NCBI GenBank assembly: GCA_963744145.1
Contig: CAVUSO010000001.1
Location: forward strand, 1,678,831 to 1,742,830
From: an uncultured cyanobacterium
GTDB lineage: Bacteria; Cyanobacteriota; Cyanobacteriia; Cyanobacteriales; CAWUOF01
Direction of reading: 5' to 3'
Length of the DNA: 64,000 nt
In this document: piece by piece, positions 50,101 through 60,376 of the stretch
Layout of the letters: every line of letters starts with the position of its first letter
How positions within the stretch are numbered: the stretch's first letter is position 1
The notes under the pieces: generated by a model
Told to the model about the DNA's origin: nothing
Database searches by the model: none
Seen by the model: the letters and a program-made list of their open reading frames with translations, nothing else
Program-made: the position numbers and the translations under genes

Positions 50101-52522
50101 TATATTTGGTAATACTTTGATGTATTGGTTTAAACATATGAAAGAAATACATTCCATTAATAATGATGCCTTTCAAGCCGCTTTGGATTCGGGCGATTTG
50201 CAGTTTGCTGGTTATATCTTAAACAATAAATTAATTAATGCTTTTAATCAAGGAAAAAGCATTCCTCATATGCTCGAAGAGGTCGCTACATACTTACAAT
50301 TTAGTAAAAAAACAAAAAATCAATTAGTTTTTGATAATGTGTTAGCATTACAATTAATTTTGCTAAATTTAAGTAAACTTACCAGCGGTAAATTTGAGTT
50401 TCAAGGTGAAATGAGTGAAGCAGATTTCTTACGAAATTGTCAAGAAAATAAAAATTTATATTCAGTCGGTAATTACCAAATTAGGAAATTACAGGTTTTA
50501 TATATTTATGGTAATTTTCAGGAAGCACTGAATTGTATTGATCAGCTCAACCAGCTCATCGCTTTTGTCGCAGCTACAATTGTAGTGACAGATTATAATT
50601 TTTTCTCTTCCCTGGTATTTCTGGCGGTTTATTTAGCAGCTAGTGAGACAGATCAAGAAATATATTGGCAGAAAATTGAAGCAAATCAAACCGAACTGAA
50701 ACTCTGGGCAGAAAATGGTCTAAGTAATTTTCTCCATAAGTATTTATTAGTGCAAGCAGAAATAGCTCGGGTGTTTGGTCGAGATATTGAAGCGATCGAT
50801 TTATATAATCGAGCCATAGTTTCAGCCCGAGAAAACGAGTTTATTCAATATGAAGCTTTAGCAAATGAACTAGCAGCCAAATTCTGGTTAAGTAAAGATC
50901 AGGCTAAGTATGCTAAATCTCACATCCATGATGCTTACTATTGCTATCAAAAGTGGGGTGCAATTCGCAAATTAGAAGATTTAGAAGAACTTTACCCCCA
51001 CTTGCTTTCCCAAAAACCATCCCAAATTCGTCTGAAAAATGCCCTAGCTACTACCACTTATACTTCAGCAAATACGGGAGCTGGAGAACTAGATTTAGCC
51101 GCAGTAATGAAAGCATCTCAAGCTATTTCCGAGTATTTGGCTCTAGATAAATTACTAGCTGCTTTAATGAAGATCTGTATTGAAAATGCTGGAGCGCAAA
51201 AAGGTTTTTTAATTTTACCTAGAGATGGAAAGTTACTAATTTCAGCCGAAGCATCAATTGATTCATCTTTATCTATAGATTTGGCTAATTCGATCGCGGT
51301 AGAATCTTCACCCTATTTACCAATTACCGTAATTAATTATGTGGAAAGAACTCGGACTGATGTAGTTTTAAGCGAAGCAGTACATGAAGGAAAATTTACT
51401 AATGATCCCTATATTATAGAACATGAATTGAAATCAATTTTGTGTACTCCCATTATTAATCAAGGTAAACTGATTGGGATTATTTATTTAGAAAATAATT
51501 TAACAGCAGGGGTATTTACACCCGAAAGACTAGAAGTTTTAAAACTTTTATCTTCTCAAGCTGCGATTTCGCTAGAAAATGCGTTGTTATATGCTTCGGT
51601 AGAACAAAAAGTCCAAGAGCGAACTCAGGAATTAAATGAAAAAAATGTCCATCTTTCCCAAACAATTCATGAATTAAGACGGACTCAAGCTCAACTAATC
51701 CAAACTGAGAAAATGTCAAGTTTAGGACAGATGGTAGCAGGGGTAGCACATGAAATCAATAATCCAGTTAGTTTTATTTATGGTAATCTGAGTCCTGCGG
51801 GTGAATATGTCCAAGATTTGCTGAATTTGATCAAATTATATCAAGACCATTATCCCGAACCACCAGATGAGATTGTGGATGAACTTGAGAATATCGATCT
51901 GGAATTTTTGGTAGAAGATTTACAAAAACTGATGGATTCGATGAAAGTAGGTGCAGAACGGATTCGGAATATTGTATTGAGTTTGCGGAATTTCTCTCGT
52001 TTGGATGAAGCATCAAAGAAACCAGTGGATATCCATGAAGGGATTGATAGTACAGTTATGCTCCTCCAACCAAAGATGAGAGAACAAGGGGAGCGATCGC
52101 AAATCGAGGTCATTAAGGATTTTGCCCAACTTCCCAAGGTAAATTGTTACGCATCTCAGGTCAATCAAGTATTTATGAATATTATTACTAATGGGATTGA
52201 TGCTTTAGAAGAACTGAGAAATAAAGCATTACATCCCGATCATCAACCAACTATTACAATTCGGACAGCGATCGCTGAGAATGAGTGTGTGCAAATTCGG
52301 ATTTCGGACAATGGTTCGGGGATGGATGAGGAAGTAATGAAGAAAGTATTTGATCCATTTTTTACTACCAAACCACCGGGATCTGGAACTGGGTTAGGTT
52401 TGTCTGTGAGTTATCAAATTATTGTTGAGAAACATGGTGGACAGTTGACCTGTAATTCCATACCTGGAACAGGTACTGAGTTTGCGATCGTGATTCCGAT
52501 CGGACATCCAGAGGATGAATAA
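47120..52522 (+). CDS. 1800-aa multidomain signalling protein: Ser/Thr kinase - AAA/NB-ARC-like ATPase - TPR-like - GAF - histidine kinase (HisKA+HATPase)
   Basis: Kinase [25 protein letters not shown]; P-loop [11 protein letters not shown]; GAF ...[18 protein letters not shown]; His[16 protein letters not shown]; HATPase DNGSGMD...GTGLGL. Confidence 0.85.
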   Translation: MNMINIPGIAVLALIYESANSLVYRGRREEDDQPLILKLLKEDYPSPAALTRYKQEYEITCSLNLTGVVRAYDLYKYQNSLVMVLEDFGGESLRILMNSQRFTLLGILTLAIKIAESLGEIHAANIIHKDINPSNIVFNPATGQLKLIDFSISTVLSRENPTLKNPAVLEGTFAYMSPEQTGRMNRALDYRTDFYSLGVTFYELLTQKVPFPSTDPMELVHSHIAKQPIPPHEVNLEIPKTLSDIVMKLLAKTAEERYQSAYGLKADLEKCLTQLQTIGYIEDFPIGSQDISDKFQIPQKLYGREKEVENLMSAFERVSRGLTEMMLVKGYSGIGKSALVQEIYKPITRNRGYFIAGKFDQFQRTIPYSAVVIAFSELVRLLLTESEAQLTKWKKKILHAVGPNGQIIIDVIPEVELIIGPQPPVQELKPAESQNRFNLVFQNFIKVFCSREHPLVIFLDDLQWADSATLKLIELMMTDDQIHYLFLIGAYRDNEVNLTHPLMIMLDGLEKERVVINEIALAPLDLEQVNKLISETLHSEAIAVKPLAELVINKTDGNPFFVNEFLKTLYQENLITFVPPSSGQQAGWHWDIAHIHRMDITNNVVELMIGKLKKLPEGTQQVLRLVACLGNQFDLNNLCLIYEKQASETFQDLWPAIQEGLILPVSELEAVEIELISLPLLILNYKFLHDRVQQAAYALIDDADKKKVHLKIGRLLLASTPVEYRSERIFELVDHLNVGISLLTDEEEKLELARLNLEAGKKAKKATAYVAAQQYLAVGMEVVTEETWSEDYDLAFDLYKEQADTEYLNGNFEKSQELINITLSRAKTKLEKAELYKQLVVQHTMKAEYESAINAGKQALNILGIDLPDTDFQTVFASEVAQAKALLGDQEIASLIDKPEITSTEKRFALILLNNLASPIYMYKPELWSVDLTKALNVTLEYGLCPEAALTYANYGMILSAFFKDYKNAYEFGLLGYKLSQRSDNLEIKNKVYTIFGNTLMYWFKHMKEIHSINNDAFQAALDSGDLQFAGYILNNKLINAFNQGKSIPHMLEEVATYLQFSKKTKNQLVFDNVLALQLILLNLSKLTSGKFEFQGEMSEADFLRNCQENKNLYSVGNYQIRKLQVLYIYGNFQEALNCIDQLNQLIAFVAATIVVTDYNFFSSLVFLAVYLAASETDQEIYWQKIEANQTELKLWAENGLSNFLHKYLLVQAEIARVFGRDIEAIDLYNRAIVSARENEFIQYEALANELAAKFWLSKDQAKYAKSHIHDAYYCYQKWGAIRKLEDLEELYPHLLSQKPSQIRLKNALATTTYTSANTGAGELDLAAVMKASQAISEYLALDKLLAALMKICIENAGAQKGFLILPRDGKLLISAEASIDSSLSIDLANSIAVESSPYLPITVINYVERTRTDVVLSEAVHEGKFTNDPYIIEHELKSILCTPIINQGKLIGIIYLENNLTAGVFTPERLEVLKLLSSQAAISLENALLYASVEQKVQERTQELNEKNVHLSQTIHELRRTQAQLIQTEKMSSLGQMVAGVAHEINNPVSFIYGNLSPAGEYVQDLLNLIKLYQDHYPEPPDEIVDELENIDLEFLVEDLQKLMDSMKVGAERIRNIVLSLRNFSRLDEASKKPVDIHEGIDSTVMLLQPKMREQGERSQIEVIKDFAQLPKVNCYASQVNQVFMNIITNGIDALEELRNKALHPDHQPTITIRTAIAENECVQIRISDNGSGMDEEVMKKVFDPFFTTKPPGSGTGLGLSVSYQIIVEKHGGQLTCNSIPGTGTEFAIVIPIGHPEDE

Positions 52523-52633
52523 ATGACAATAGTTTAGAACTCGACGCAAAACCAGGGTGAAGCATTCGGATCTAGTATTACTGCCCTTCGGCTACGCTCA
52601 GGGTAAAGTTTGATTGTTCAATTGTCGCTAAAC

Positions 52634-52902
52634 ATGCTTCACCCCTACACTTAACTGAACCGGATTGGAATAAATAGGACAGACAAGATGTCTGTCCCAC
52701 CAAAGTCTTTTTCTTATTGTGGGACGGGTATCTTACCCGTCTTTCCATCTTGTTTTCCAATACCGCCCTCATGCTTCACCCCTACAGTTAACTGAACCGG
52801 ATTGGAATAAATAGGACAGACAAGATGTCTGTCCCACCAAAGTCTTTTTCTTATTGTGGGACGGGTATCTTACCCGTCTTTCCATCTTGTTTTCCAATAC
52901 CA
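52634..52902. repeat. tandem direct repeat, 2 x 132 bp (52634-52765, 52771-52902), each unit carrying two strong hairpins; partial inverted copy of the unit start at about 52553-52570
   Basis: Units identical except 1 nt (C/G at position 17); hairpins GGACAGACA-AGA-TGTCTGTCC and GACGGGTA-TCT-TACCCGTC. Confidence 0.75.
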
Positions 52903-53651
52903 ATTATCGGTAATAATTGGTATTTTAAAAACGCACCAAAACCCATGAATAGAATAATCACCACAGCTCCAATCCCAATTGGACTAGGAATCCAGAAAAT
53001 CGCTTCGATCTGATTTAATTGTCCTGGTTTTAAATTCCAAATTAGTTGTTTAGCTTCGTTATGACTTTCCGGAGCGATCGCATCGGGAGCAGTTGGGATA
53101 CTTCGGGCTCCCCAAGGGGTATTGAGCCGAAATTCCAAATCTAAAACAGAACCAGGACTAATCAGTACATTACCATTAGCCGCTAGGACCGAGAGCGATC
53201 GCAAATCTAAATCATAATTGAGTCGATTTCTCAGCACCAGTAAGAAATTATTTTGTTTAATTTTGAGCTGAGATTTAATTTCTGGTAAATCAGCTGCTGT
53301 TGGGTCAGGATCTCCCGATTTTTTTGGCTCAACTGGATTAAAAAACTGATTAAATTTCGTTTCCAAGTCTACCCCATTATAAAAAGGAATAATTACCTCA
53401 ATTTCTTCCTCAGACAATCGTTTTACCCGACCATGTACCTGTTGGGATCGGGATTCAATACTATGGAGCCATTCCTCAGATTGCTCTGGATTAAAGCTTT
53501 GAAGCTGTTTTCCCAGCTTAATATGCTGAATAATTTGACCATGTACTTGGTTGTCAAAACTGATCCCTACATCATATTGAACACAACCAGTCAGGCAAAA
53601 ATAACAAGTAAAAAGCCCAATCCAAAAAGAGCATAATTTTCTAAATTTCAT
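52851..53651 (-). CDS. hypothetical lipoprotein with C-terminal TM anchor; C-terminal 17 aa encoded by the tandem repeat
   Basis: Lipobox LTGC; C-terminal hydrophobic helix; 3' end overlaps repeat unit 2. Confidence 0.5.
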   Translation of the reverse strand: MKFRKLCSFWIGLFTCYFCLTGCVQYDVGISFDNQVHGQIIQHIKLGKQLQSFNPEQSEEWLHSIESRSQQVHGRVKRLSEEEIEVIIPFYNGVDLETKFNQFFNPVEPKKSGDPDPTAADLPEIKSQLKIKQNNFLLVLRNRLNYDLDLRSLSVLAANGNVLISPGSVLDLEFRLNTPWGARSIPTAPDAIAPESHNEAKQLIWNLKPGQLNQIEAIFWIPSPIGIGAVVIILFMGFGAFLKYQLLPIIGIGKQDGKTGKIPVPQ

Positions 53652-53690
53652 TTTTTCTTCTCCTTTTGCTTGTTCTTGTTATTTTGATCA

Positions 53691-55057
53691 TCATTGTTTT
53701 GCAGCTACACTGAGCTGGGAAAATAAAATACTTGGTAAATAAGCACCACCACCAACCCATTCAGGTTGATTGCTCAAATCTACCAAATTGTTAAAAGCTT
53801 CAAAAATATTCCCAGCTACCATGGTATTCTTCACCCGACCAACAATTTCACCATTTTCCACTTTATAACCCAAATCCAGGTTAACGGAAAATTCTCCAGC
53901 TAATTGATTAGATTGTCCTGCACCTAAAACTTGATCAACGATTAACCCTTCTTTGATCCCAGCAATTAAATCAGAGGTAGAAGTTTGTCCGGGAGCAAGA
54001 CAAAGATTAACCAGATCTGGACTCGGTTTCGATAATCCACCCCGGAAACCATTTCCAGTCGATGGTAATCCAGCTCGAGCCCCCAACGTCGATCCCAATA
54101 AAACCCTTTCACTGTTCCTGCTTCAATCAAGGTTTTATAGCTGGTCGGAGTACCTTCGTCATCAAAAGGACAGGCTGAAGGGCCAATACTGGGGTCTTCA
54201 AATAAAGTCAAACGGGGATCAAAGATCGTTTCACCAACTTTATCAGATAAGGGAGATGCTTTTTGGACTACAGTTTGTCCAGACAGAACAGTATCAAACA
54301 GACTAGCTATGGCACTAGCAGCAGCTCTGGGAGTGAAGAAAACGGGAAACGAGCCACTAGGGATAGTTGCAGATTCTTCAGCCCAACGATATTTTTGCAA
54401 AAGTTCGGTCAGAATCAGCTTAAAGTCAGGAAGGCGATCGCGACCCACATCATAACTAAAAGCTTGGAGAAAATCTTCTCCCCGCACTAAGTTACCGCTA
54501 ATACTAGCACTAACAACTTGGCTCGATCTCTCGGCATAGACATCATTACTGGTGGCAATTTTGATCCGACCTTGACGAACATGAAAGCCCACATCTACTA
54601 AAATATCTGGGTTATAAGCTAACACCTGTTCAATCAAATTTTCCCCCACTGTTACTAATTCCTGGGTAGTGGGAGGGATAAAGGTACTTTCCGAGGTGAT
54701 CAGATGCAAATTTTGAGCCAGTTCAAAATCAGCCCGATCGCCAATTTCCGAAGTTTGGAGAGCAGCATCGACTAAATCTTGTAAACGGGTTAAATCAGTT
54801 GAACTAGCAAAACCGAGTCTTCCATCACAAATTACTCGGAGGGCCACACCTTGCAAAGCTTTGGTTTGCAAAGATTTCAGACGATTATTTTCAAATTCAA
54901 TCGGTGTATCTTGGCTAGATAAGTAATAGACTTCGGCTGTATCAGCTCGTCCATTGGTCAATTTTAGGATCTGTTCGAGGGTTGAATCGGTCACAATTTC
55001 ATCTTCTCTTATGCAATTTCTGTCTATTGATCTTAGGCGGGATTCGGCTTGTGTCAA
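53691..55057 (-). CDS. TldD/PmbA family metalloprotease (peptidase U62), split by a 1-nt frameshift near 54085-54100
   Basis: ORF 53966-55057 N-terminal PmbA/TldD; ORF 53691-54098 gives ...GARAGLPSTGNGFRGG...SPDLVNL C-terminal core; frames join at GFYWDR/TLGARA. Confidence 0.75.
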
Positions 55058-56119
55058 AATAATCCCATCAATGATGGAGTGAGCAAAATAATGACCTGGA
55101 AAATTGGAGATAAACTACAAGGTGATAAATATACGATTGAGCGAGAGTTGGGGAAAGGGAGATTTGGGATTACCCATCTAGCTCAGGACGGGGAGGGTAA
55201 ACAAGTGGTTGTTAAAACTCTGACTGATGATTTGCTTAGTGAGAAATTGTCTCCAGCAGAACTTGAGCAGCTCGGTACAGATTTGGAAAATCAGTCACAA
55301 AAACTGATTAACTGCAATCATCCCCATCTGGTCAATGTGACCGAGATGTTCACTGAGGGAAAAACCCGCTGTTTGGTGATGGAGTATATTCCTGGAGTTG
55401 ATTTGCAAAATCGTACTGACAAAATTTTACCTGAACAGGAAGCAGTTAATTATATTCAGCAAATTGGTCAGGCGCTGATGGAAGTTCATCAACAGGATTT
55501 GTGCCATTGGGATATACAACCAGCTAATATTCTGATCAAAGAGGGAACCAAGGAAGCGGTTTTAATTGATTTTGGGTTATCACGCGGGTGGAGGGATGCT
55601 TTAAGTAAAACTAATTCTAAGATTAGTGTGAATTCTGATGGTTTTGCACCACTGGAATTGTATCGGACAGATGTCCCACGGGGAGCGGTTACGGATGTTT
55701 ATGCTTTAGCCGCCACATTGTATAATTTATTGACCGGAGTTGTGCCACCAAATGCGATGAATCGCAGTTTAGGAAAAGCCCAATTAGTGCCACCCCAAAA
55801 CCTTAATCAGAATTTAAGCGATCGCACTAATGCTGCGATCTTAGCTGGGTTAACTATCAAGGCTGAAGAACGTCCACAAACTGTTCAAGCATGGTTAAAA
55901 TTATTAGAATTACCAGCAGATCAGCCTGCTCCTATCCCAGATTTACCAGTAGCAAGTCCGGCTTTGACATCTACCAGTAACCCTACCATGCCCCAAATTA
56001 TCTTAGTAGTAGCACTTGGGATATTTGTGATTATTGGTACGATCGTGATTGGTGCCATTATTCATCTTTCATCTACTGACTTTAACCCACCACCCAAACC
56101 AGAAGCAACCCAAAAGTAA
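55049..56119 (+). CDS. Ser/Thr protein kinase with C-terminal TM anchor (start more likely at 55091, MTWKIGD)
   Basis: GKGRFGITHLA, VVVK, HWDIQPANILI, DFGLS; first ATG would overlap divergent tldD start. Confidence 0.8.
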   Translation: MCQNNPINDGVSKIMTWKIGDKLQGDKYTIERELGKGRFGITHLAQDGEGKQVVVKTLTDDLLSEKLSPAELEQLGTDLENQSQKLINCNHPHLVNVTEMFTEGKTRCLVMEYIPGVDLQNRTDKILPEQEAVNYIQQIGQALMEVHQQDLCHWDIQPANILIKEGTKEAVLIDFGLSRGWRDALSKTNSKISVNSDGFAPLELYRTDVPRGAVTDVYALAATLYNLLTGVVPPNAMNRSLGKAQLVPPQNLNQNLSDRTNAAILAGLTIKAEERPQTVQAWLKLLELPADQPAPIPDLPVASPALTSTSNPTMPQIILVVALGIFVIIGTIVIGAIIHLSSTDFNPPPKPEATQK

Positions 56120-56161
56120 AGTGATTAATCATCTTTTGTTTCCCCAGAAAAATCTAGTTTT

Positions 56162-57856
56162 TTACACACCACGGGCTGGAAAACGAACGGTAAAGGTGGA
56201 ACCTTTGTTAAATTCACTAATTACAGAAATATTACCACCGAGAATTTGACACAATCGCTTACTAATTGCTAGACCCAATCCCGTACCACCATATTTACGG
56301 GTAGTGGAAGCATCAGCTTGGGTGAAAGCTTCAAATATATTTTGTACTTGATCGGGAGTCATCCCAATCCCAGTGTCAGCAACACGAAAAACAATCCAAG
56401 ACTCAGGAACAAAACAATTATCTTCGTCATCGAGATCATCTTTTTCTCCTTGATCTGTTTCGCGAGTAATGGTCAGAGAAACGGTGCCTTTTTCGGTAAA
56501 TTTAGAAGCATTACTTAGTAAATTTAAGAGGACCTGACGCACTTTGGGCAGATCAGAATACATGGTTTCAATCCCAGGTATCCAGTTGACTTCTAGACTA
56601 TTACCATTTTTTTCGACCAGTGGTTTGGCGGTATTTACTACTTCCTGGATCAGCTTGGGAATATTAATTGCTTCTAAATAAAGTGTGACATATCCTGCTT
56701 CGATTTTGGACAAGTCGAGAATATCACTAATCATATCGAGCAGATGTGTACCAGCACTTTTAATTCTTTCGAGATCCGGGACAAATTCTGTTTCACCTAA
56801 ATCTTCAGCTTCTTCTCGCAGAATCTCACTATAGCCGATAATTGCATTTAATGGTGTCCGAAGTTCATGACTCATGTTAGCAAGAAAAGCACTTTTGGCT
56901 CGATTAGCTGTTTCGGCTTTATCCGCAGCATTTTGTAATTGTTTTGTGTATTCTGCGACCCTTTGAATTAGCTGATTAAGTGAGATAGTTAATTGACCAA
57001 TTTCATCTTCGGTGATGACTGGTGCTTGGAGTCCAAAGTTTGATTCTTCTGTTACTTGTTGAGCAACTTTAGTAGTCAATTCCAAGGGATAGGCGATCGC
57101 CCAACTGGTATAGCTTACTAATAAAATTGCGATCCCTACCGAGCCAATTAAACTTATTAATAGGATTCCTGTTCCCCATAGCTCTGCTTGTTCATAAGCT
57201 TTAAATTCTCGGTCTGTTAGCTGTTTAAATCGGTTAACCAATGTTTCTGATTTTTGTAAATAATCATTTAGTTTTGTACTTCCTGTTCCGATCGCAAAAT
57301 TCCGCCACAATTGTTGAGCCCGTCGCACATTAGCAATTTTATTTAAGCTAGATGGTTCAATTTGTTGCAAAAGCTGGTTTAATTGCTTGTAGTAATTAGT
57401 GAGATTATCAGCATATACTTGGGTAATCATCTTTAATTCTTGTTGATCTTTTTTATCTTTAAAATTAAGACTATTTGCCAATCGCATGGCTTCCTCTAAT
57501 AACTGATTAATTTCTTCTATTTGCGTTTTTAATTGTGAACTTTTTTTCTGATATATCGATGGACTACTGATGGCATTTTCTAATTCTTGCTGCTGTAATT
57601 TTGTCTGCAATACGGCGCTGTCTATTTTTTTGAGCAGATAATTTTCTTGGATATCTGTAAATAATTCCTGTTTAACTTGATTTTTATAAAAACTTTCTAA
57701 TGCTCGTCCCGTCAGGGCGCCAATCATGGCAATAATAATAGCTAGAGCCGAGCCAAAACTAATTTTTTGTCTAATTCCTAAGCGGTTAAATAGACGTTTC
57801 AAAGTCATTTGCGGAGATTTTTTAAATGGGTTATTTGCAGTAGGCACAGAACACAT
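56162..57856 (-). CDS. membrane sensor histidine kinase (TM-HAMP-HisKA-HATPase)
   Basis: SHELRTPLNAIIGYSEIL H-box; ...GTGLGLAISKRL G2 box. Confidence 0.8.
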   Translation of the reverse strand: MCSVPTANNPFKKSPQMTLKRLFNRLGIRQKISFGSALAIIIAMIGALTGRALESFYKNQVKQELFTDIQENYLLKKIDSAVLQTKLQQQELENAISSPSIYQKKSSQLKTQIEEINQLLEEAMRLANSLNFKDKKDQQELKMITQVYADNLTNYYKQLNQLLQQIEPSSLNKIANVRRAQQLWRNFAIGTGSTKLNDYLQKSETLVNRFKQLTDREFKAYEQAELWGTGILLISLIGSVGIAILLVSYTSWAIAYPLELTTKVAQQVTEESNFGLQAPVITEDEIGQLTISLNQLIQRVAEYTKQLQNAADKAETANRAKSAFLANMSHELRTPLNAIIGYSEILREEAEDLGETEFVPDLERIKSAGTHLLDMISDILDLSKIEAGYVTLYLEAINIPKLIQEVVNTAKPLVEKNGNSLEVNWIPGIETMYSDLPKVRQVLLNLLSNASKFTEKGTVSLTITRETDQGEKDDLDDEDNCFVPESWIVFRVADTGIGMTPDQVQNIFEAFTQADASTTRKYGGTGLGLAISKRLCQILGGNISVISEFNKGSTFTVRFPARGV

Positions 57857-58259
57857 GGTTTTGCTATCCGTGGAAAATTTTTAGCTTGATCATGACTGGA
57901 CAAATATGTCTGTGGATCAAGGTATAATTAAACTTGCGCTTGCTCAGGTTTTTGGGCCAAAAGTGTGCTGGGCTGATTCCACTCTCATCACACAGTATGG
58001 TAGTATTCCGAGGAGCGGACTATTATCAATGGGGAAAAATAAAGCGAGGATAAACACACCCCAAGGGATATCTGATTATTTATTCCAGTTTAACTGATCA
58101 ATAGGGATATTAGACAAGGTGTAACCCTAATCTATGATTTTTTTAACTTTGGCCATCCCCAAAATATTGGTAGTCTCAGTCATAAGAGTTGTGGTAATTT
58201 TATCCTGATCTGATCATCTGAATCCTGTATTAAAAAAACTCACCACGCCAAACACAATT

Positions 58260-58769
58260 ATGAGTCGGCAAGAACGTCCAATTATTCCCATTCCCCGATC
58301 GCGACTATCTAGAGTGTTAAATTTTATTACTGTCGTGGGTTTAGTAGTGATCCTCGCTATTGCAATTCATGGCTGGTTGGTTTTACCGGATCGGATTCCG
58401 ATTCATTTTAATTTTGCTGGTGAACCGAATGGATGGGGTGGGAAAAGCAATCTCTGGTTAGTACCCGCGATCGCCATTTTTTTCTCCGTCGGTTTAACTT
58501 GTTTGAGTCGTTATCCGCAAATATTTAATTATCCTGTAGAGATTACGCCGGAAAATGCTGCGCGTCAGTATCAAATGGCTTGTTCCTTACTTAATTGGTT
58601 AAAAGTAGAGATGGTTTGGATCTTTGCCTATAGTGAATGGCTGATGTATGATCTAGCTATATCTAAACCAACGGCATCTGCTTGGTTGAGTGGACCTTTG
58701 CTAGTTTTGGTCATTACCGTATTTATTACGATCGGTTTTTATTTGCGCCAAGCTTTCTTAATTCGTTAG
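58260..58769 (+). CDS. DUF1648-domain membrane protein
   Basis: IPIHFNFAGEPNGWGGK motif typical of DUF1648 (SdpI/YhfL N-terminal domain); 4 TM. Confidence 0.5.
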   Translation: MSRQERPIIPIPRSRLSRVLNFITVVGLVVILAIAIHGWLVLPDRIPIHFNFAGEPNGWGGKSNLWLVPAIAIFFSVGLTCLSRYPQIFNYPVEITPENAARQYQMACSLLNWLKVEMVWIFAYSEWLMYDLAISKPTASAWLSGPLLVLVITVFITIGFYLRQAFLIR

Positions 58770-58923
58770 CCAGTCACCAAACTGTGATCATATATACATT
58801 TATTTAATCAAAAATTATTTTGATTAATACTGGGCATGAATATAAATACTTAGGATTGTCCTATTTCTAGTACAATCGCCCTATAGTTAAAATCAAAACA
58901 ATACCTACAGACAGAGGTATGAC

Positions 58924-59652
58924 ATGGATGTCGATGAACTGCTGAGACGATATGCAGCAGCAGAACGGGATTTTTCTCAGATCAACCTATCTGGGGCAAA
59001 TCTCCGAGAAGCTAACTTAGTCAATGCAAATCTCAGTTGTGCAAATCTCAGCTATACGGATCTACGGGAAGCACGATTGGGACAAGCTAAACTTTGGCAA
59101 GCTAATCTGAGCAGAGCTAATCTGAGTGAAACAATTCTTTGGGGTACGGATTTAAGTGAAGCCAATTTATGCCAAGCTCAATTAAGGGAAGCAGATTTGA
59201 GTGGAGCAAAATTGATCAAAGCTGAACTGTGGGAAACTAACTTCAGTAAAGCATCTTTGTGTGGAGCTAATTTGACTAGGGCTAATCTCTCGAAAGCAAT
59301 TCTTTTTGAGGCAGATTTTCGTTCTAGTTCGGATCAACAAACTGATTTAGGATATGCTAATTTGAGTGATGCCGATTTAAGTTATGCCCATCTTAGTGGT
59401 GTCCTGCTCTATGGGGCTAACTTAAGTCGAGCTAAACTATGTCGGGCTAGTTTGGAAATCTGGAAAAGTCATCATTCCTACCAGACAGACTTAAGTGAAG
59501 CCAATTTAGAGGGAGCTGACCTCAGTTATGCTAACTTGAGTGGGGTCAATCTCCATCATGCTAACTTACGCGGAGCTGACCTCACCCGTACTATTCTGAC
59601 TGATACTAATCTCCAGGGAGCAATTATGCCTGATGGTAGTATTCATTGCTAA
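58924..59652 (+). CDS. pentapeptide repeat protein
   Basis: Tandem A(N/D)L(S/R)xA(N/D)L pentapeptides throughout. Confidence 0.85.
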   Translation: MDVDELLRRYAAAERDFSQINLSGANLREANLVNANLSCANLSYTDLREARLGQAKLWQANLSRANLSETILWGTDLSEANLCQAQLREADLSGAKLIKAELWETNFSKASLCGANLTRANLSKAILFEADFRSSSDQQTDLGYANLSDADLSYAHLSGVLLYGANLSRAKLCRASLEIWKSHHSYQTDLSEANLEGADLSYANLSGVNLHHANLRGADLTRTILTDTNLQGAIMPDGSIHC

Positions 59653-59795
59653 CATAAATTAACTAGGTAATTGAGGTGGTAGTTAACTGCCCAGGGGCGA
59701 TCGCCATGCTAAAAATCCTAGGTTCAGCTAAAAATATAATTATGCCGCCATTTCAAATAGCGCCGAAAGGATCGTAAATTCAACAGGAACAAACT

Positions 59796-60347
59796 ATGAC
59801 TTATTTGTGGGTTAAAGCATTTCATATCATTGGTATGGTAGTTTGGTTTGCCGGACTATTTTATCTAGTGCGTCTGTTTGTCTATCATGTGGAAGCTAAT
59901 CAGCAACCACAAGCAGCACAGATGATTTTGAAACCGCAGTACGAACTAATGGAGCAACGTCTTTACAAATTGATCACAACTCCAGGGATGATTGTCACGG
60001 TGGTCATGGCGATCGCGTTGCTGGTCATAGAACCGGAAATGTTGAAAGATGCTTGGCTCCACTCCAAATTAGGATTAGTCACAATTTTAATCGGTTATCA
60101 TTTTTACTGTGGTCGAATTCGGCGAAAATTGGCAGCCGATCAGTGTCAATTGAGTAGTCAACAGTTACGACTTTTGAATGAAGTACCAACTGTACTATTA
60201 CTGGGGATCGTATTATTAGCAGTGTTTAAAAACAGTCTACCCATCCCCGTTGTGCTGGGGACGATTGTCGGACTAATGTTAGTCCTGATCGTGATGGTCC
60301 AGATTTATGCGATCAAACGTCAGGAAAATCAGAGACAATTGAGCTAG
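59796..60347 (+). CDS. hemJ: protoporphyrinogen IX oxidase HemJ (slr1790-like)
   Basis: MTYLWVKAFHIIGMVVWFAGLFYLVRLFVYHVEA... matches the HemJ/UPF0093 family N-terminus nearly residue for residue. Confidence 0.75.
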   Translation: MTYLWVKAFHIIGMVVWFAGLFYLVRLFVYHVEANQQPQAAQMILKPQYELMEQRLYKLITTPGMIVTVVMAIALLVIEPEMLKDAWLHSKLGLVTILIGYHFYCGRIRRKLAADQCQLSSQQLRLLNEVPTVLLLGIVLLAVFKNSLPIPVVLGTIVGLMLVLIVMVQIYAIKRQENQRQLS

Positions 60348-60376
60348 AACAGGAGGACAAGGAGCATAGTAATTGT

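Noticed and set aside
49377-52137. Small antisense ORFs inside the 1800-aa kinase gene
   Set aside because: Antisense/alternative frames of a continuous conserved multidomain CDS
52634-52902. Tandem repeat considered as a CRISPR array
   Set aside because: Only two 132-bp units with a 5-bp gap, no unique spacers, no cas genes; not CRISPR
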